64,000 nt of DNA from Lingula anatina (Eukaryota > Animalia > Brachiopoda), in assembly GCA_051362555.1 (NCBI GenBank), contig CM120640.1:37839967-37903966 (forward strand). The letters run 5' to 3'. Under the pieces are notes generated by a model. It worked only from the letters and a program-made list of their open reading frames with translations, ran no database searches and was not told the DNA's origin. A program made the translations under genes and the position numbers. Shown here one piece after another: positions 1 to 12,916 of this stretch; the first letter of the stretch is position 1, and every line of letters starts with the position of its first letter.

Positions 1-1176
1 TAATTAAAAATTATATTTTGAATACATTTTTAATTTTTTTATTTCCTGTTTAAAACAATAGTTATTAGATCATGCTTTGATTTCAGTATCATATAAAAAT
101 ATATATTTTTTCTTTTACTTTTAATAATTCAATTAAAGTTAAAGGTGAGTAAAATGCAAAAAGAAACATGCTTCCCATATTACCACTCACTTCAAATTAT
201 CACTTAAACCACTATAAACCCAAACCATACAAACACTTCTGAAACAATCAGGTTCAACCAAGAACCCTGAATAAGCATGTTAGTCAGTGTGTTTAACTGC
301 TATCTATAATATCAATTCATCCACTTGTAAACCATACAAAGCAAAGCAGCATACGGATTGCTAAATTGCTTCTTGAAATCATAAAACTTTGACTATTAGA
401 AGTGTGCTGCTTATTTAAATGCAGTGATACAAACCTGTGTGTCTTAGCCTGCACTTTCACTAAAACTTTCAACTCAAATCAGGGGTTCTAGGGGTTATGA
501 CAAGATTGCTAGCATATTTACCTCTGCCAACAAAGGAGGTTTTTTTTTTTCCTTCAGCAATGGCCCGTCTGTTTATTAGTTTATTAACGTTAGAGAATTA
601 GATGTCTCAAAGTATTCTTTGCACATTTTCAGTTGATAAAATTTAAAAGATACAGTCACTCAGAAAGGAAAGAAGTGACTACAATTCTAACTGAATTCTT
701 TTTTAAAGAGTTTTTAAATGCCATTTTCCATGGCAGAGGTCTTATCTTTCTTCTTTTGCCTTAAAATGTATCAATTGCCATTCAAAATTGCCATTGGCTT
801 CGTTAAAGCTTGTGATATTGAGCAAAACATGAAAAAGACAAAAAAGTATTGAAATATTAAGAAAAAATGGGACAGAGCAAAAGTCATCACCTAACTAGTA
901 ATAAAAAGTCCTGTAGTTATCAATTAGGAAAAGCTAGCAAGTCACAGCACAGACTGTTTAAACACAGGTAAAATTACATACCCTGTAAAGCAAGCTGCTG
1001 TCCAAAATGCAAGTTCCCCTCAATGAAAAAAAAACCTCACTCACTGGTTAATAATATTACCTGTGCCACGTAAGTGCTTTCTCTGTGTCTACTGTTTCTA
1101 TAAAGAGACTTGGGAGGTTGGTTAGGGGATCTGAAGCTAGGCACACAACTATGAGGACAAATAAAACGCATAATAC

Positions 1177-3668
1177 CTGTATTTTCCAACGTGTTTCTTT
1201 GATTCTTTCAAGGACAGCTTTTGGAGAAAGCCATCAAACTGTGAATAATCCATATTTGGAAAATCCTGAGGAGGAAGCACATACCTGAGGTTGGTCTGGT
1301 CATCTAATTTCTTCAGTGCTTCATCTGGCCACTGCATGGAAATCAGAAAATTTAATATCATAAAAATCACAGCCCAGCCCAAAGAAAAACCTCAGAAATT
1401 GCTCTAAGGTAATGGAAATGATAATGATTTATTTTACATGTGTGCTTGCAACCACTGTTTGGCATTTAAACACCTCATGTTCCAAATCATTCTCAATCAA
1501 CACAGATTTACTGGAATTACTCACCTATTTATAGCTTTATCTATGCTGTATGTACTTATTCTTCTATCCACACATCCATTAAACTATCATATATATCAAA
1601 ATTTAAGCCAACTTGAACATTACAAGACAAAAAAGCTGAAAGAAAGGCATTTACACCTACAAAACAGTAACAGTGACAAAGCATACTACTGTAAAACTGT
1701 TTACAGTGATATACTCAATGCAAACAGGACCTCAAATAACTCCATATTAATCCATAAAGAGAATGAACTAGTAATAGAAATACCCCACTAAAACTTTGTT
1801 TGGTGCATTTCAAGAAACTGCATTTATGTTCCCTGTTTTGTCGATCAAAATGATTCTGGAAAAGTGTGGTGTGAGAGTCACAATTGTTTCATGTTTGATA
1901 ACAGCTATCACTTCACTAACCTGCGTCTGGTTGATGGACATATATGTAACTGTAAATTATTTTTAAAAATTGGAGATTTACTTTATAGTTATATTTCTTT
2001 GCAAAGGAAAGGGTCTATCATGACTTATTACCTTGAGAATGGCTCCTATGAGATCCCAGTTCCATGAAAAGTTGTCTTTAGTTGCCAGCACACAGCTGTC
2101 TCTGATGCCTTGACTAATTGTATCCTCCGTATCCTAAACAGAAAGAAAGTCTAAGTTACAATTAGTTATTACTCTAAAAAATTCCCTTGACTGCTATTCT
2201 GTCAAGTAAAGAAAGGAGAATCATTTCAAAGTTGTGGACTTTTTTTCAACCATCTTGGAATTCTGATGTTTTTCTTATTCCTTATCTTGTTTTCCTTATG
2301 ATTTTTTTTTATCTTATGGATCTTTAAAAAAATGATCTTGGTTTTGTAAAAATCAAATCAAACCAAATTGCATTATAGTGTATAAAGTTTTAATGAATCT
2401 CTTTAAAAGCCCTTGAAATACCTTAGATAAATACTGCATGAGCTTCTCCTTATTGAGTCTGAGAGGTCTGTTGCTGTCATCTGGGGCCCCCACAGTGTGC
2501 TGGACTAGTTGATCTAAGTACAAACTACAGGGCACTGGACCACGCTTCTTCATGGCATGGAATCTATCCAAACAATTCACAGCCATACTGGCTTGCCTGT
2601 AATAGAACATGGAATAAAATTGATGTACTGAATAGCCTGCACATATTAAGATTATAACAAGAAAGTGGAATGTAAAGATGATTTTGTTGAAGTTGCAAGA
2701 TGACATGGCTACCATCTTGGCTGAGAAGGTAGTAACCACTTTTGGATAAGCTTTTATTGTAAGGATTTGGTTTTTATTTTTGCAGGATAAAAATATGACT
2801 GTGGGGCATTTTCAAATACATGCATATTAGCTTTAAATGAGGAATCGAAGTATTTTAATTGGGAACATATTATAATCTATGATTAATGTAATATACTTAC
2901 TGTCTTTCTTTAGCAGATACTTTGAAAGATGCAGCAAGTGATATGAGAGTGGGCAGGCAGTGGCTATATTCACTACACTCATAAGGTAGCAGGGTGTTGG
3001 CCTAAAAAAAGAAATCAATATGTTACTACTGAACTAAACTTAAACTGGAAAGATCAAATATACAACAATAATTTTATAAAAATAATGGATATTCTACTGA
3101 TATAAATCATCACAATTGTATTGCTTCATCTGTAACATTTCTACATTTTTCAGTGTTCAGAAAACAAGATATTTTGCTAAGACATATAACTCATTAACAC
3201 GAAAGTAATAATCACCAAATGGAGTAATTCTCCCAGTAGTATTGTGGCCCTGACTGAGATTTTTCTTTCGCTAGTAGTGATCACTTCTACTATAGCCTGG
3301 AAAAAAAACTTCCTATTAATAGCGTGCTTAAGACTAAAGAATAACTAAATTTACATTTTAAGAAATCAGAAGCTATATCTGAATATTGATTAAAAAGTTA
3401 AAACACTTCTATGTTTGTTTTGTTTTAAACATAAGACATAAGCACTAACCTCTAATACTCCTGCACTGATTAAAGCTGACAGAATAACTGCCATATGACA
3501 CTCCACTAGATTTGTTCTAAAAGGAAAAAGTATAAACAATATATAATTAATAAGTCAGGACTAATATGGATCCATATCAAATATCTACCCTTACTATGTA
3601 AAAACATTTGGAACTTTAATCTTTTAAGCTGAATATGATAAACAGATCTGAAGTGGAATGTTACAAAA

Positions 3669-3715
<47 letters not shown>

Positions 3716-6700
3716 ACTGGCTTGTTTAAAAACTAAGCTATGGTTAAACCAGAATAATGCAGATATACCTAATTTTAGAAGTGTGTTGTAAAACAGCTCT
3801 CCCTTCTTTTGCTACAAAGCCTTCTGTTAGCTTCCAGGAGTCTCTCATCTCTGAGGGATCTGAAAGAATTTACAAAAACAACCTTCGTCTCAAAGTTGAA
3901 TTTTAATAACAGAATAACATTCAAAGGTTGATCGATTTGGAAAAGAACCATACACAAATAAAAAAATGAATGCAGTATTAATCCACTGCCACTTATTTAT
4001 AAAACAGTCAAAAAATGTATTAAAACATACTCACCAACACTGAGCAATGCATCTACAAAACATTCAGTCCAAGCAGGAACTGTTAATTGAAAGACATCAA
4101 ATAAAATGTCCAGTATTCCAAGCTGGAAGAGGAAAAGGGTTTTATGTAAAAGCTTGAGCACTTTGATAAAAATATAAATACTCCACACATGAAGATTGAG
4201 GTTGAACCATCAAATTCTTATGCCGTTTTCAGATTATTCACAGTAAAAAAATATATATTTTGATAATATCCACAAGACGAAAAAAAAATTAGTACTTTCA
4301 CTCACCCTAATTTTCTTTTTAGGTAAATATAAAACTCCAATCAATGACTGTAACCCTGATCCATCTGGATTGCACAACCGAATTAACCCTGAAGTTTAGA
4401 TTCAAATAAAAATTCATATGTAAAAAAAAACTTTTTTGTTCATAATCTTAGGAATACTGGCTGTATCCATCATTTGATTATCTCTGTATTTTATCAAATT
4501 CAGTAAGTGTTGCTTTGTTGGTAGTTCATCAAAATAAAGTGTAGCCAATACAAAACAGTGTATACATGGAGAAAAACCACTTAAATATCGTGCAATACAT
4601 GAATGCCTATTCAATAGTTCATGACAGGAAAACAAGAAGATCAGCAAATGCAATCTTGTTTACTTACCTGGCCAAGAACGCATGATAGTAGCTATTGCCA
4701 TCTTACTGGCTTCAAATCTTTTGTCTCTTTCATCACTGCATTAAAAACAAATATTGGTATTTTATGAGAGAAATAGCAAATTTGATATCAAAGTTGGAAA
4801 TATGACCTATTAAGCTTCAAACATTAATGAAAAAGGCTATAGTCATACCACATTTAACAAATAAAGTTTCAAGTCAAAAAACTCAATTACTGAATGTTTT
4901 ATCTTTATGAGGTGGGTCAGTTTTTGTCTGCTGCTGGAAAAACTCAGATCTGTTACACTTATTAAACAGCTTTATGGAACGACATATTTTCGAATAATTT
5001 CAATCACTCCATTTAAAGCTGCAACCTTTTTTGTTTATTCACGAGGAAGACAACAAAGGTAAAATAGATCCAGTATACTAAGTATTGGGATTGGCAAATT
5101 CTGTGTAATTTTTGCAGAACTCAAACATAATTTTTTAAGGTGGGGAGAAGGGGTTTATGCGCACTCTTAATTTAAAAGTGTTTTAGCTGTTGTTTATGAG
5201 AAACAATGTAATATTGACATCAGTTTTCTGGAAAAAAGCATCAAACCCACAAAGGAATAGGTAGTAACATTTTCCAGCTGGAACAGAATAATCAAATTCT
5301 GTATTTTATTTTTTCAGAAGAGTAAGCTTTTTTCTTGATTTTGAAGATTTGCAAAGCCTCAACCCCAATAAGGCTAATAAAAAAAGATCTGCAAATTGAA
5401 CAAAGGTAATGCACTAACACTCCTCTTATCAGCAAAGAAGCAAAGCTCTTAAGCTGCGTTAAGTTTACCTCTTCTCTTTATTTAATTTTTTGGCTTTTCC
5501 TTGGATTCTAAAATGAGTCGTTTAAAACAATTACATTTCATCCACACATAAAATTAAATGTAGAATCATTTCAGGATAAATCAATCCAGTTTTAGCAACA
5601 TCTATGATTACTAACATGTTGTTAATTTACCAACCAGAGAAAAGCACTTGTTCAGTAGTTGAAAAATGCCTGTCTTCTTTCCAAGCACACCCCCAATATA
5701 TAAAGGACCAAAATGTCATGACATGATAAAGAGTATCTTATACTTGTAAAATATATACTCATGACTTTGGAGCTGGCTTCTCTACATTCCATATAAAATG
5801 ATAATAATTCAAAGCTTCATTGTACAATTATTATACCTACTAAAGAATCTCAAGTTTTCATAAAACAATTAAAATGTAAATCAAAATGCACAGCTTAAAA
5901 AACCTTTATATTAGAATGGAAATACATGCCATGTCATTCAACCTGAATAGCAACATGGGTGGAATTCAGCTCACCTTGAACTCTGATCAGAACATTCTGT
6001 GCCATATCTAAAGTGGCAGTCAGTAAATGGTGCCAGAATTTGCTGAAATATATGAACATATATAAAAATTATATTTATTTTGTCCCAAACATCTGTATTT
6101 TAAAAATTATGTTCTGGAGAAATATATCCTGGGATAAAAGAATATGCATTATGGAAGGGTAAACAAAGATATCTCTCTTGCTATGGATGTATAACATGAT
6201 AAAGACAACGCAAAAAAGCAGCTACATCAGGATACAGGTATCATACAGTTTATGTTAAGCCCATGATAAGATAACATGGGCGTTATTGGCAGCTTAACTT
6301 GTACTATTCATTGCATTCAATCAAAACTTGGCCAAACTAACATTTACAAATACAGTGTTGGATTTCCTATACATTTCAATGACAAATTGATAACCCATGT
6401 TAACAATAAATGCCACTCTAGTACCAAATATCTTGGCCAAACTAACATTTACAAATACAGTGTTGGTTTTCCTATACATTTCAATGACAAATTGAAAACC
6501 CATGTCAACAATAAATGCCACTCTAATACCAAACATCTTCAGTCATTTTTTCCTCTGACTGATCACAATCTTTTAAACATTTCTATTGTAGTTGTAGGAG
6601 AAGGGTGGCAGTTCATTTAACTTGGATGTCACCTCTAACATACCTCTAAATCTATATCTGTTTTGATATAGTGCCTTGTTCTTGGATGGTTAAGCAGATA

Positions 6701-9486
6701 CAATACTGTTGCTAGGAGTGATTCATTGACTCGTGGGAGATGATGACAGTCCAGGACATTGCGTAGTATGGTGCTTATTCCACCACAATCTGACACTAAC
6801 CTTGGATTTAAAATTGCTGAAATGACAGAAAGCTTTTATGAATAAAATATTCAAATAACTAGACAGCAAAGGCTGTCAATTGACATTAAACAAAAAATTA
6901 TCTATAATATTTAAAGGGAGTTATTATAACTTAAGCGAGAAATCTTAAGATAGACAATAAATGAATTTTTCTGAAAATTTTAGCAATTTTCAGTATACCC
7001 TGGCAGAAAATTTTGGATAAAAGTATTAATAGAAACCCATAATTCTAAACACAATATTGTCAGTATACTCTGGCAGAAAATTTTGGTTTAAGTATTAAGA
7101 GAAACTCATGATTTTAAACACAATATTGTCACTTCAAATTTTGTTTAAAAACAGCCTGACAAGGCTTACTTGCCCACCAAGAGTGCACAGGTCTCTGACC
7201 TTGCCAGTACATAACCAGTAGGTTAATTTTAAGAAACAAATGTCCATTGAAACCCTGACATGGAAACAGACAGCACACAATATTAAAACAGACATCTGCA
7301 TGCTGTGTCAGGAAGTATACCTGATTTTCTCTCTTTTTGTCAACATGTAAAACATATAAAATTCCCCTATAAGATTAAAAACATAATAACATTTTCACAT
7401 CTAAGCCAGTCTATGTATGCATCCAGCAGCCACCACAAAACATCAACTTCTGAATATGGGCTACTTGTAGGGAGTAGACAACTGTAATAAATTTTCAGAC
7501 CAAAATGATTTTCTGTTTACTTACCAAGTTCACTAATAGTAGCCAGACAAGCCCTTTGTGTTTCATCATGTTCTTGAGCACCATCATTGCAGATACTTAA
7601 CATCACACTGACTAGGGATGGAGGGAAACGCTCAGCACTGATCTGAACCATTTTCCTTATGAGGCGTAGTGCATGCACCCTTTCAATCTGGTTGTCTAAG
7701 CAAATATCAAGGGATCTGAAATTGGAAAAATTCTGTCAATTGCACATTAAAGAGTATTCCCTCTATTTGATTTCCTTGGTCAGTGAACTTTCTAAGACTG
7801 AAGTTTTGTTGGTTCTCCTAAAATGCACAGCAGTCAAGCCTGTTACAGATATTTAACAGTCCACTCCCATCCCTATCAAAATTTCAAGGTGGTTGAAAAC
7901 TTCCAAAGATTTAAAAAGAATTCTGTTTACAGTTAAGAATGTCTGAACACGGCTACAGACCATGATGACTAAAATGTATGTAGTATTAAATTTTCACTGT
8001 ATGTGTTTATAAAATTTCTCTTATGTTATGATTTTCAGACAATCATTTTCAATATGATGGGAATATTTTTGCCATCCAGAAAAAATCTATGAAAGTACAC
8101 CTTAGTATAAGTCTGATATAAAACATTAGATATAAAACATTATATTACAAACCTTGCCACTAAATAATCTATATGCAGTTTCAGCATTGCATCAAGAGTT
8201 TCTTTGTCATGGATCAAGTATCTTAGGGCCCTCAGGCAAGCTGCTCTAACTTCTTTGGCTTCATGCAACAGGCCCAGCCTGAGACTGAAATGAAAGCACC
8301 AAATTGTAGCAATAAAGGTATGTGTTTATGTATACAGTACAGAAAATATAAATATATTTTAAATGTAGTCCCTGTAATATGTACCTTCAAATAGTAACAC
8401 TACTGTCTATAAATATTTTACTATTTCCACCTCCAAATGATTCCTGCATATTAAAATGGAATTAAACTAATCAACTCCTTATTTGATGGATTGGAAACTG
8501 ATGCTGTCGGTCATGAATGCAGTTTTCTCATACCATGTTAACACTTCTTCTTTAGAATAACTCCACTGTGGGTTAGCACCAAGTTTGACACAGAGGCGGA
8601 CCAGATTATTCAGGTGTCCCAGTTTTCTTCCTTTGGATACACCTTCACGAAGCACCAAGCTGGTTAAAATATCTTTAATGTTCTTCTCGGGTGCTGCAAA
8701 AGAAAGACAATTATTAGTATTGAAATGCACAAAACTTATAAGGGCAAGGAATATAGTTATACTTTGATTTATATTGAATTTGATCAGTGCATTTGCAACA
8801 GTGCTCTAGGTAAATATTTAACACAAGTTCCTATTACATGAAAGAGTTTTTTTAAGGAAGACACCTCCAAATTCCTTGATAACTTCACACACTTCAATTT
8901 CAGACTTCAGTGGAAAGAATTTGTCATGTCTAAATAAACACTGAGGTAATAGTACAGTCATATAAGGCAGAATCTATATGTTACATGCAGATGTTGGAAT
9001 TAAAATGCCTCAAACACCTGGGTCGATTTTCGACAAATGGACCTCGGACTCAGCTGTCCAAAACATCCGTCAAATTACAAAGGAAAAGAGGAAAAACCAT
9101 GACAAGGGAAGTACTAGTAATAAAGCTTCTGATCACTTAAGTGATATATGTGTTAAATGGAAAAGACACTGCAGATTCTACGGGAGGGCTGGGACACCAA
9201 CAGCATTGATTGAAACGGTTTTATCGAGTGCGAGTATTTACAGGAAGGAGACAGCAAGACGGCAAACTCTGCAGAACCCAAGGCTACTCACCGCGATCCA
9301 AATCCAGCGGTACGCTTTCTTCTTGTTCATACCGACCTGAAAATGAATGCAAAATCAGTAATGTAATCGCATATTTCATGATCTAGCTCCAGATCAAATC
9401 GATTGTAAAATGAAATGGGACCTACTTCGGTAACTTCTGCCACGAAAACTCCGGCCCGGGCCTGAGCGATAAGGGAAAGCCGCCAT
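1177..9486 (-). CDS. RICTOR: Rapamycin-insensitive companion of mTOR, N-terminal part; multi-exon gene continuing beyond position 1
   Basis: GT-AG exons join in frame: 9426-9486 (MAAFPYRSGPGRSFRGRSYR), 9292-9336 (YEQEESVPLDLDR), 8534-8693 (GVSKGRKLGHLNNLVRL), ~8153-8284 (LLHEAKEVRAACLRALRY), ~7526-7715, ~6645-6816, ~5976-6042, ~4670-4736 (IMRSWPG), ~4307-4388, ~4032-4122, ~3769-3859, ~3450-3517, ~3200-3296 (VRATILLGELLHL), ~2901-3001 (SHCLPTL), ~2423-2597 (KKRGPVPCSLYLD), ~2032-2134 (WNWDLIGAILK), 1285-1331 (or 1177-1331). These are RICTOR-family motifs. Confidence 0.95.
3666..3716. repeat. (AAAT)n microsatellite
   Basis: About 12 tandem AAAT units in a RICTOR intron. Confidence 0.95.
6327..6539. 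repeat. Tandem duplication, 2 x 105 bp
   Basis: CTTGGCCAAACTAACATTTACAAATACAGTG starts at 6327 and again at 6432; the copies differ at only a few positions. Lies in a RICTOR intron. Confidence 0.95.
6990..7131. repeat. Tandem duplication, 2 x 70 bp
   Basis: TCAGTATACYCTGGCAGAAAATTTTGG...AAACACAATATTGTCA starts at 6990 and 7060; the copies are diverged. Confidence 0.9.
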
Positions 9487-9696
9487 TTTACATTGTCAAC
9501 ACGCATGCCCTTAGGCATCCGGCTAATTTGTCTTGCAAAGGCATTTAAGCCCACTGAAATAAAAATCAGATAGATGTTAAGTTAAAATTTTCAGAGAGGG
9601 CATATCACAAGGCATGATGCTCTAAGCTTCACAATATATAAATTATTGCCCCTAAACAAGTGCGACAACTCAATTGGCGTACCTATTTGTGGCAGA
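9487..9696. promoter_or_regulatory. Putative bidirectional promoter, RICTOR / DFPase-like
   Basis: Only 210 bp separate the divergent ATGs, and CpG is locally enriched. The RICTOR ATG sits in a YY1-like AAAATGGCGG, and an ETS-like CCGGAAGT lies at ~9709. Confidence 0.65.
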
Positions 9697-11907
9697 ATGG
9701 CAGACAACCCGGAAGTACAAATCTTAGCACCCGAATTTACCAAGATTGCCGAGGGTATTCTTGGATCTGAGGGACCAGTCTTTGACAGAAATGGAACATT
9801 CTATATGGTGGAACCTGAGAAAGAAGATGAGAACAAACAATATGCAGGCTGTGTTCACATGGTTGATCTAGACACGTCACATGTTAGTACACCAAGTTTG
9901 TCCACCCCCTTCTCCAGTAAAAAAAAGTAAATTAAAATATCCCCCTTCCTTCATCTAATCTTTAGACTCGTTGAATTAAATTCATGCATCTCAATTTTGT
10001 TTAGGTTGCTCAGATTTGTGCACCAAAAGTCGGATCTGATGGCGGTATCCCCGCAGGACTACAATGTGACAAGGAAAACAACCTGTGGGTAGCTGACATG
10101 AGGCTTGGGATACTACGAGTAAACACGAAAGATGGAACCTTTCAGCAGGTAAATACAGGTATAGCTATTGTATTGCATTATGTTAGATATTTGGGCTATT
10201 GTTTATATTTCATGAGGTACAAAATCCAAGATATATATGTTAAAACGATTCAGCATGATAATTTTGCAATGCTATTGTCAAATGGAATCACTTGCCTTGG
10301 ACCCTTTTCCCTCACACGTCAAAGCACATTATCATTCCTAATAGATTTTCTACCTTGAAAACTACTCAAGTTTTAATTTGTGTCTCATTATTTATATTTT
10401 AATACAAAAATCCAGCTTACTAGTATCTGTGATAGTTACAGTGCGCATGGGTTTGCAATGTACCAAATAATCAGAACTTGAATATATAAGAAAAGATGTG
10501 TTTAAGTGTATTATTTAGTGTACACTCACAAATATATACAGCTTTTTGTCAGCATCTTAATGTATTTGTTTTGCCTAAATTAAGAAAATGGGAAAATTGG
10601 AATGCATTTTTTTTTTTTTTTTTTTTTTTTTGCAGTTTATTGATTTGGTGAAGGAAGCAATCGGAAACAGAATTGTGCCAGCATGACCTCAAGACATTTT
10701 AAATGTCCCCAAAACAATTAAAACTTATTTTCTGAATAACTTTAACATTACTGTAAGTGTTTTGAATTATTTAGATTGCAAGAAAAGATAAAGATGGGGC
10801 TCCGCTACAGGGCTGCAATGACTGTGCCTTTGACTATGATGGTAATTTGTGGGTAACTGCTCCTGCAGGTGAAATAGCTCCTGCGCCATTCACCAGGTCA
10901 GACAAGCTTACAGAGGTACAGTAAACCACTGGAACAAAAATGATTGTCTTCTCTCAAAACCTAGCAGCAATAGTACCTTAAATGGGTATTTAATTTTATA
11001 GTGGATCAAAATAATTTATAACATTTATTATATTATAATAATTGTTTGATATAAGATTTATGTGTATTCCAACACATTCTTATGCATATTTATGTCTTTT
11101 TATTGTAAGGAACCATTTGGGTCTGTGTATTGTATGACTGCCAGCGAAGAGGTCATAAAAGTAGACACTGGTTACTACTTTTCAAATGGTATTGCTGTGC
11201 AGCATACTGATGATGGAAGGCCAAAGAAATTGATTGTTGCGGAAACATTCACAAGGAAGTTATGGAGCTATGATATCAAGGGACCAGGACAGGTGGAAAA
11301 TAAACAGCTATGGGGTACTCTGCCAGGTAATGTTTTTGTGAAAAAAAAATATAATACTTTCCAATTTTTAAAAATTATGGGCGACTGTTAAACTTCTCAA
11401 AGTCCTCTCTATTTTCTTGTAAGATTTTTATGTATGCTAATTAAATATGGTAGCAAACTCTATTGCAACAAGTTGGATGTTTCATTCATTTGTATAATAA
11501 CTGGATTTTCAGAAAGAACTTAAACACCTTCTGAAAATTCCTTACTTTAACAAATAAATTACTCCTCTTAAGGATGTGAAAACCTTATAGACACATCATT
11601 AGTGTTGTTTCATGTTATTAAACTATTTCTTCTCTTAGGTGAACAAGGAGGTCCAGATGGCATGGACTTTGATGAAGTTGGAAACTTGATAGTTGCCAAT
11701 CATGGTAATGGTCACCTGGAAGTGTTTGGACCCCTGGGTGGACACCCTATTTATAGAATCAAATGCCCCTTCTCTATGCCCAGCAATGTGCACTTTAAAC
11801 CAAATTCCTGTTTGGTCTTCGTTACTGAACATACCTATCATGGATTGTGGAAGTTTGAATGGAAATACAAGGGAAAAGCTCAGTACTGTGAATTAATACA
11901 GATTTGA
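9697..11907 (+). CDS. Diisopropyl-fluorophosphatase (DFPase)-like Ca2+-dependent six-bladed beta-propeller hydrolase (SMP-30/gluconolactonase family), 318 aa, 5 exons
   Basis: Exons 9697-9882, 10005-10148, 10775-10915, 11110-11326, 11639-11907 total 957 nt in frame. Motifs SEGPVFD, GGIPAGLQCD, VADMRLG, QGCNDCAFDYDGNLWVTAPAGEIAP, NGIAV, KLWSYDIKGPG, DGMDFDE, CPFSMPSNVHF, FVTEH and KFEW..KGKAQYCE are collinear with squid DFPase as recalled. Confidence 0.93.
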
Positions 11908-12916
11908 TTAATTCAACTAGTCAAACATATGTCAAAACCACCATTAATTTTGATTACTGAATTTCCAGAAATTGTGATATAATTACTCAGATTTGCAGTC
12001 ACCATTCCCCAATGCATTTTGTACTTATTATCAAATAACAAAGATATTTAAAATTATGAATTTTTATGAATTTGCTTTCGTATTGATTGTGCTAGAAAAG
12101 GTACGAGCTGTGTTGAAGCAAGATACATTTTTAGAATCTCCACATAGGGTTAGAGCTTTGCAAATTTCTGCAGAGTAATTGCTACCTCTAATCATCTGGT
12201 CATTAAAGATTTAATTAAAGTGCATTATTTAAATTAATTTAATCGTTTGCCAAAATTTTCATATTTATAATATTTTACTCTTTTATTTGTTAATATGTGG
12301 TTTATGTGCCATTGAAATATATATTTTTGTATCAGCTCACCAGCTCTACAAGGTTAAAAGAATTTTTAAAAAATAAAAAAATAAAGTATAAATTTTTTTT
12401 TATTTACAAATTGAATGTACATCTAATTTTAGACTGCATTATAATATTTTAACTATGATAATTGAGAAATTGTGAATTTGAGAATTGATGGACATTTACA
12501 CATTTTAATATATATATACAGATTTACAAATGATACCTTTGTAACATATACACATAATGTACACTATTTACAACTTAAATGATATATTTGCAATAAAAAA
12601 ATCTATAATTTAACATTTTTCACTTCATTTGTATTTTGTTTAATGTTCAACTACTTGAAAAATGACCAGAAGTAATCATTCTTTGGTTTAAACTTTCTTT
12701 TAAAGTTGTAATGAGTTAAGTTGAAAAATTCACTATAGCTGCTAAGCATAAATGTTTAATTAAAAAATGATACCACAAAATAGTTCCAGGGTATTCTCAA
12801 TTAATGGACAAAAGGAGCTATGACTTTTCAGACAGTGCTCTTAATAACAATAGAACTCAAAGTGCAAAATGATGGTGTATTAGCAATGCTGATGTACCAG
12901 TTTGTCCAGAAAATAT

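Noticed and set aside
522-1130. Two possible extra RICTOR exons (1061-1130, 70 nt; 522-568, 47 nt) whose lengths sum to a multiple of three
   Set aside because: Joined, they give an in-frame TGA (ACG GGC CAT TGC TGA); singly they shift the frame; neither resembles RICTOR. At most poison exons, unsupported without RNA data.
6276-6620. 114-aa ORF with an internal repeat, plus an antisense 71-aa ORF
   Set aside because: Explained by the 105-bp intronic tandem duplication; no family resemblance.
8978-9554. ORFs 8978-9340 (+) and 9327-9554 (-)
   Set aside because: Antisense or off-frame readings of the GC-richer first RICTOR exons and introns.
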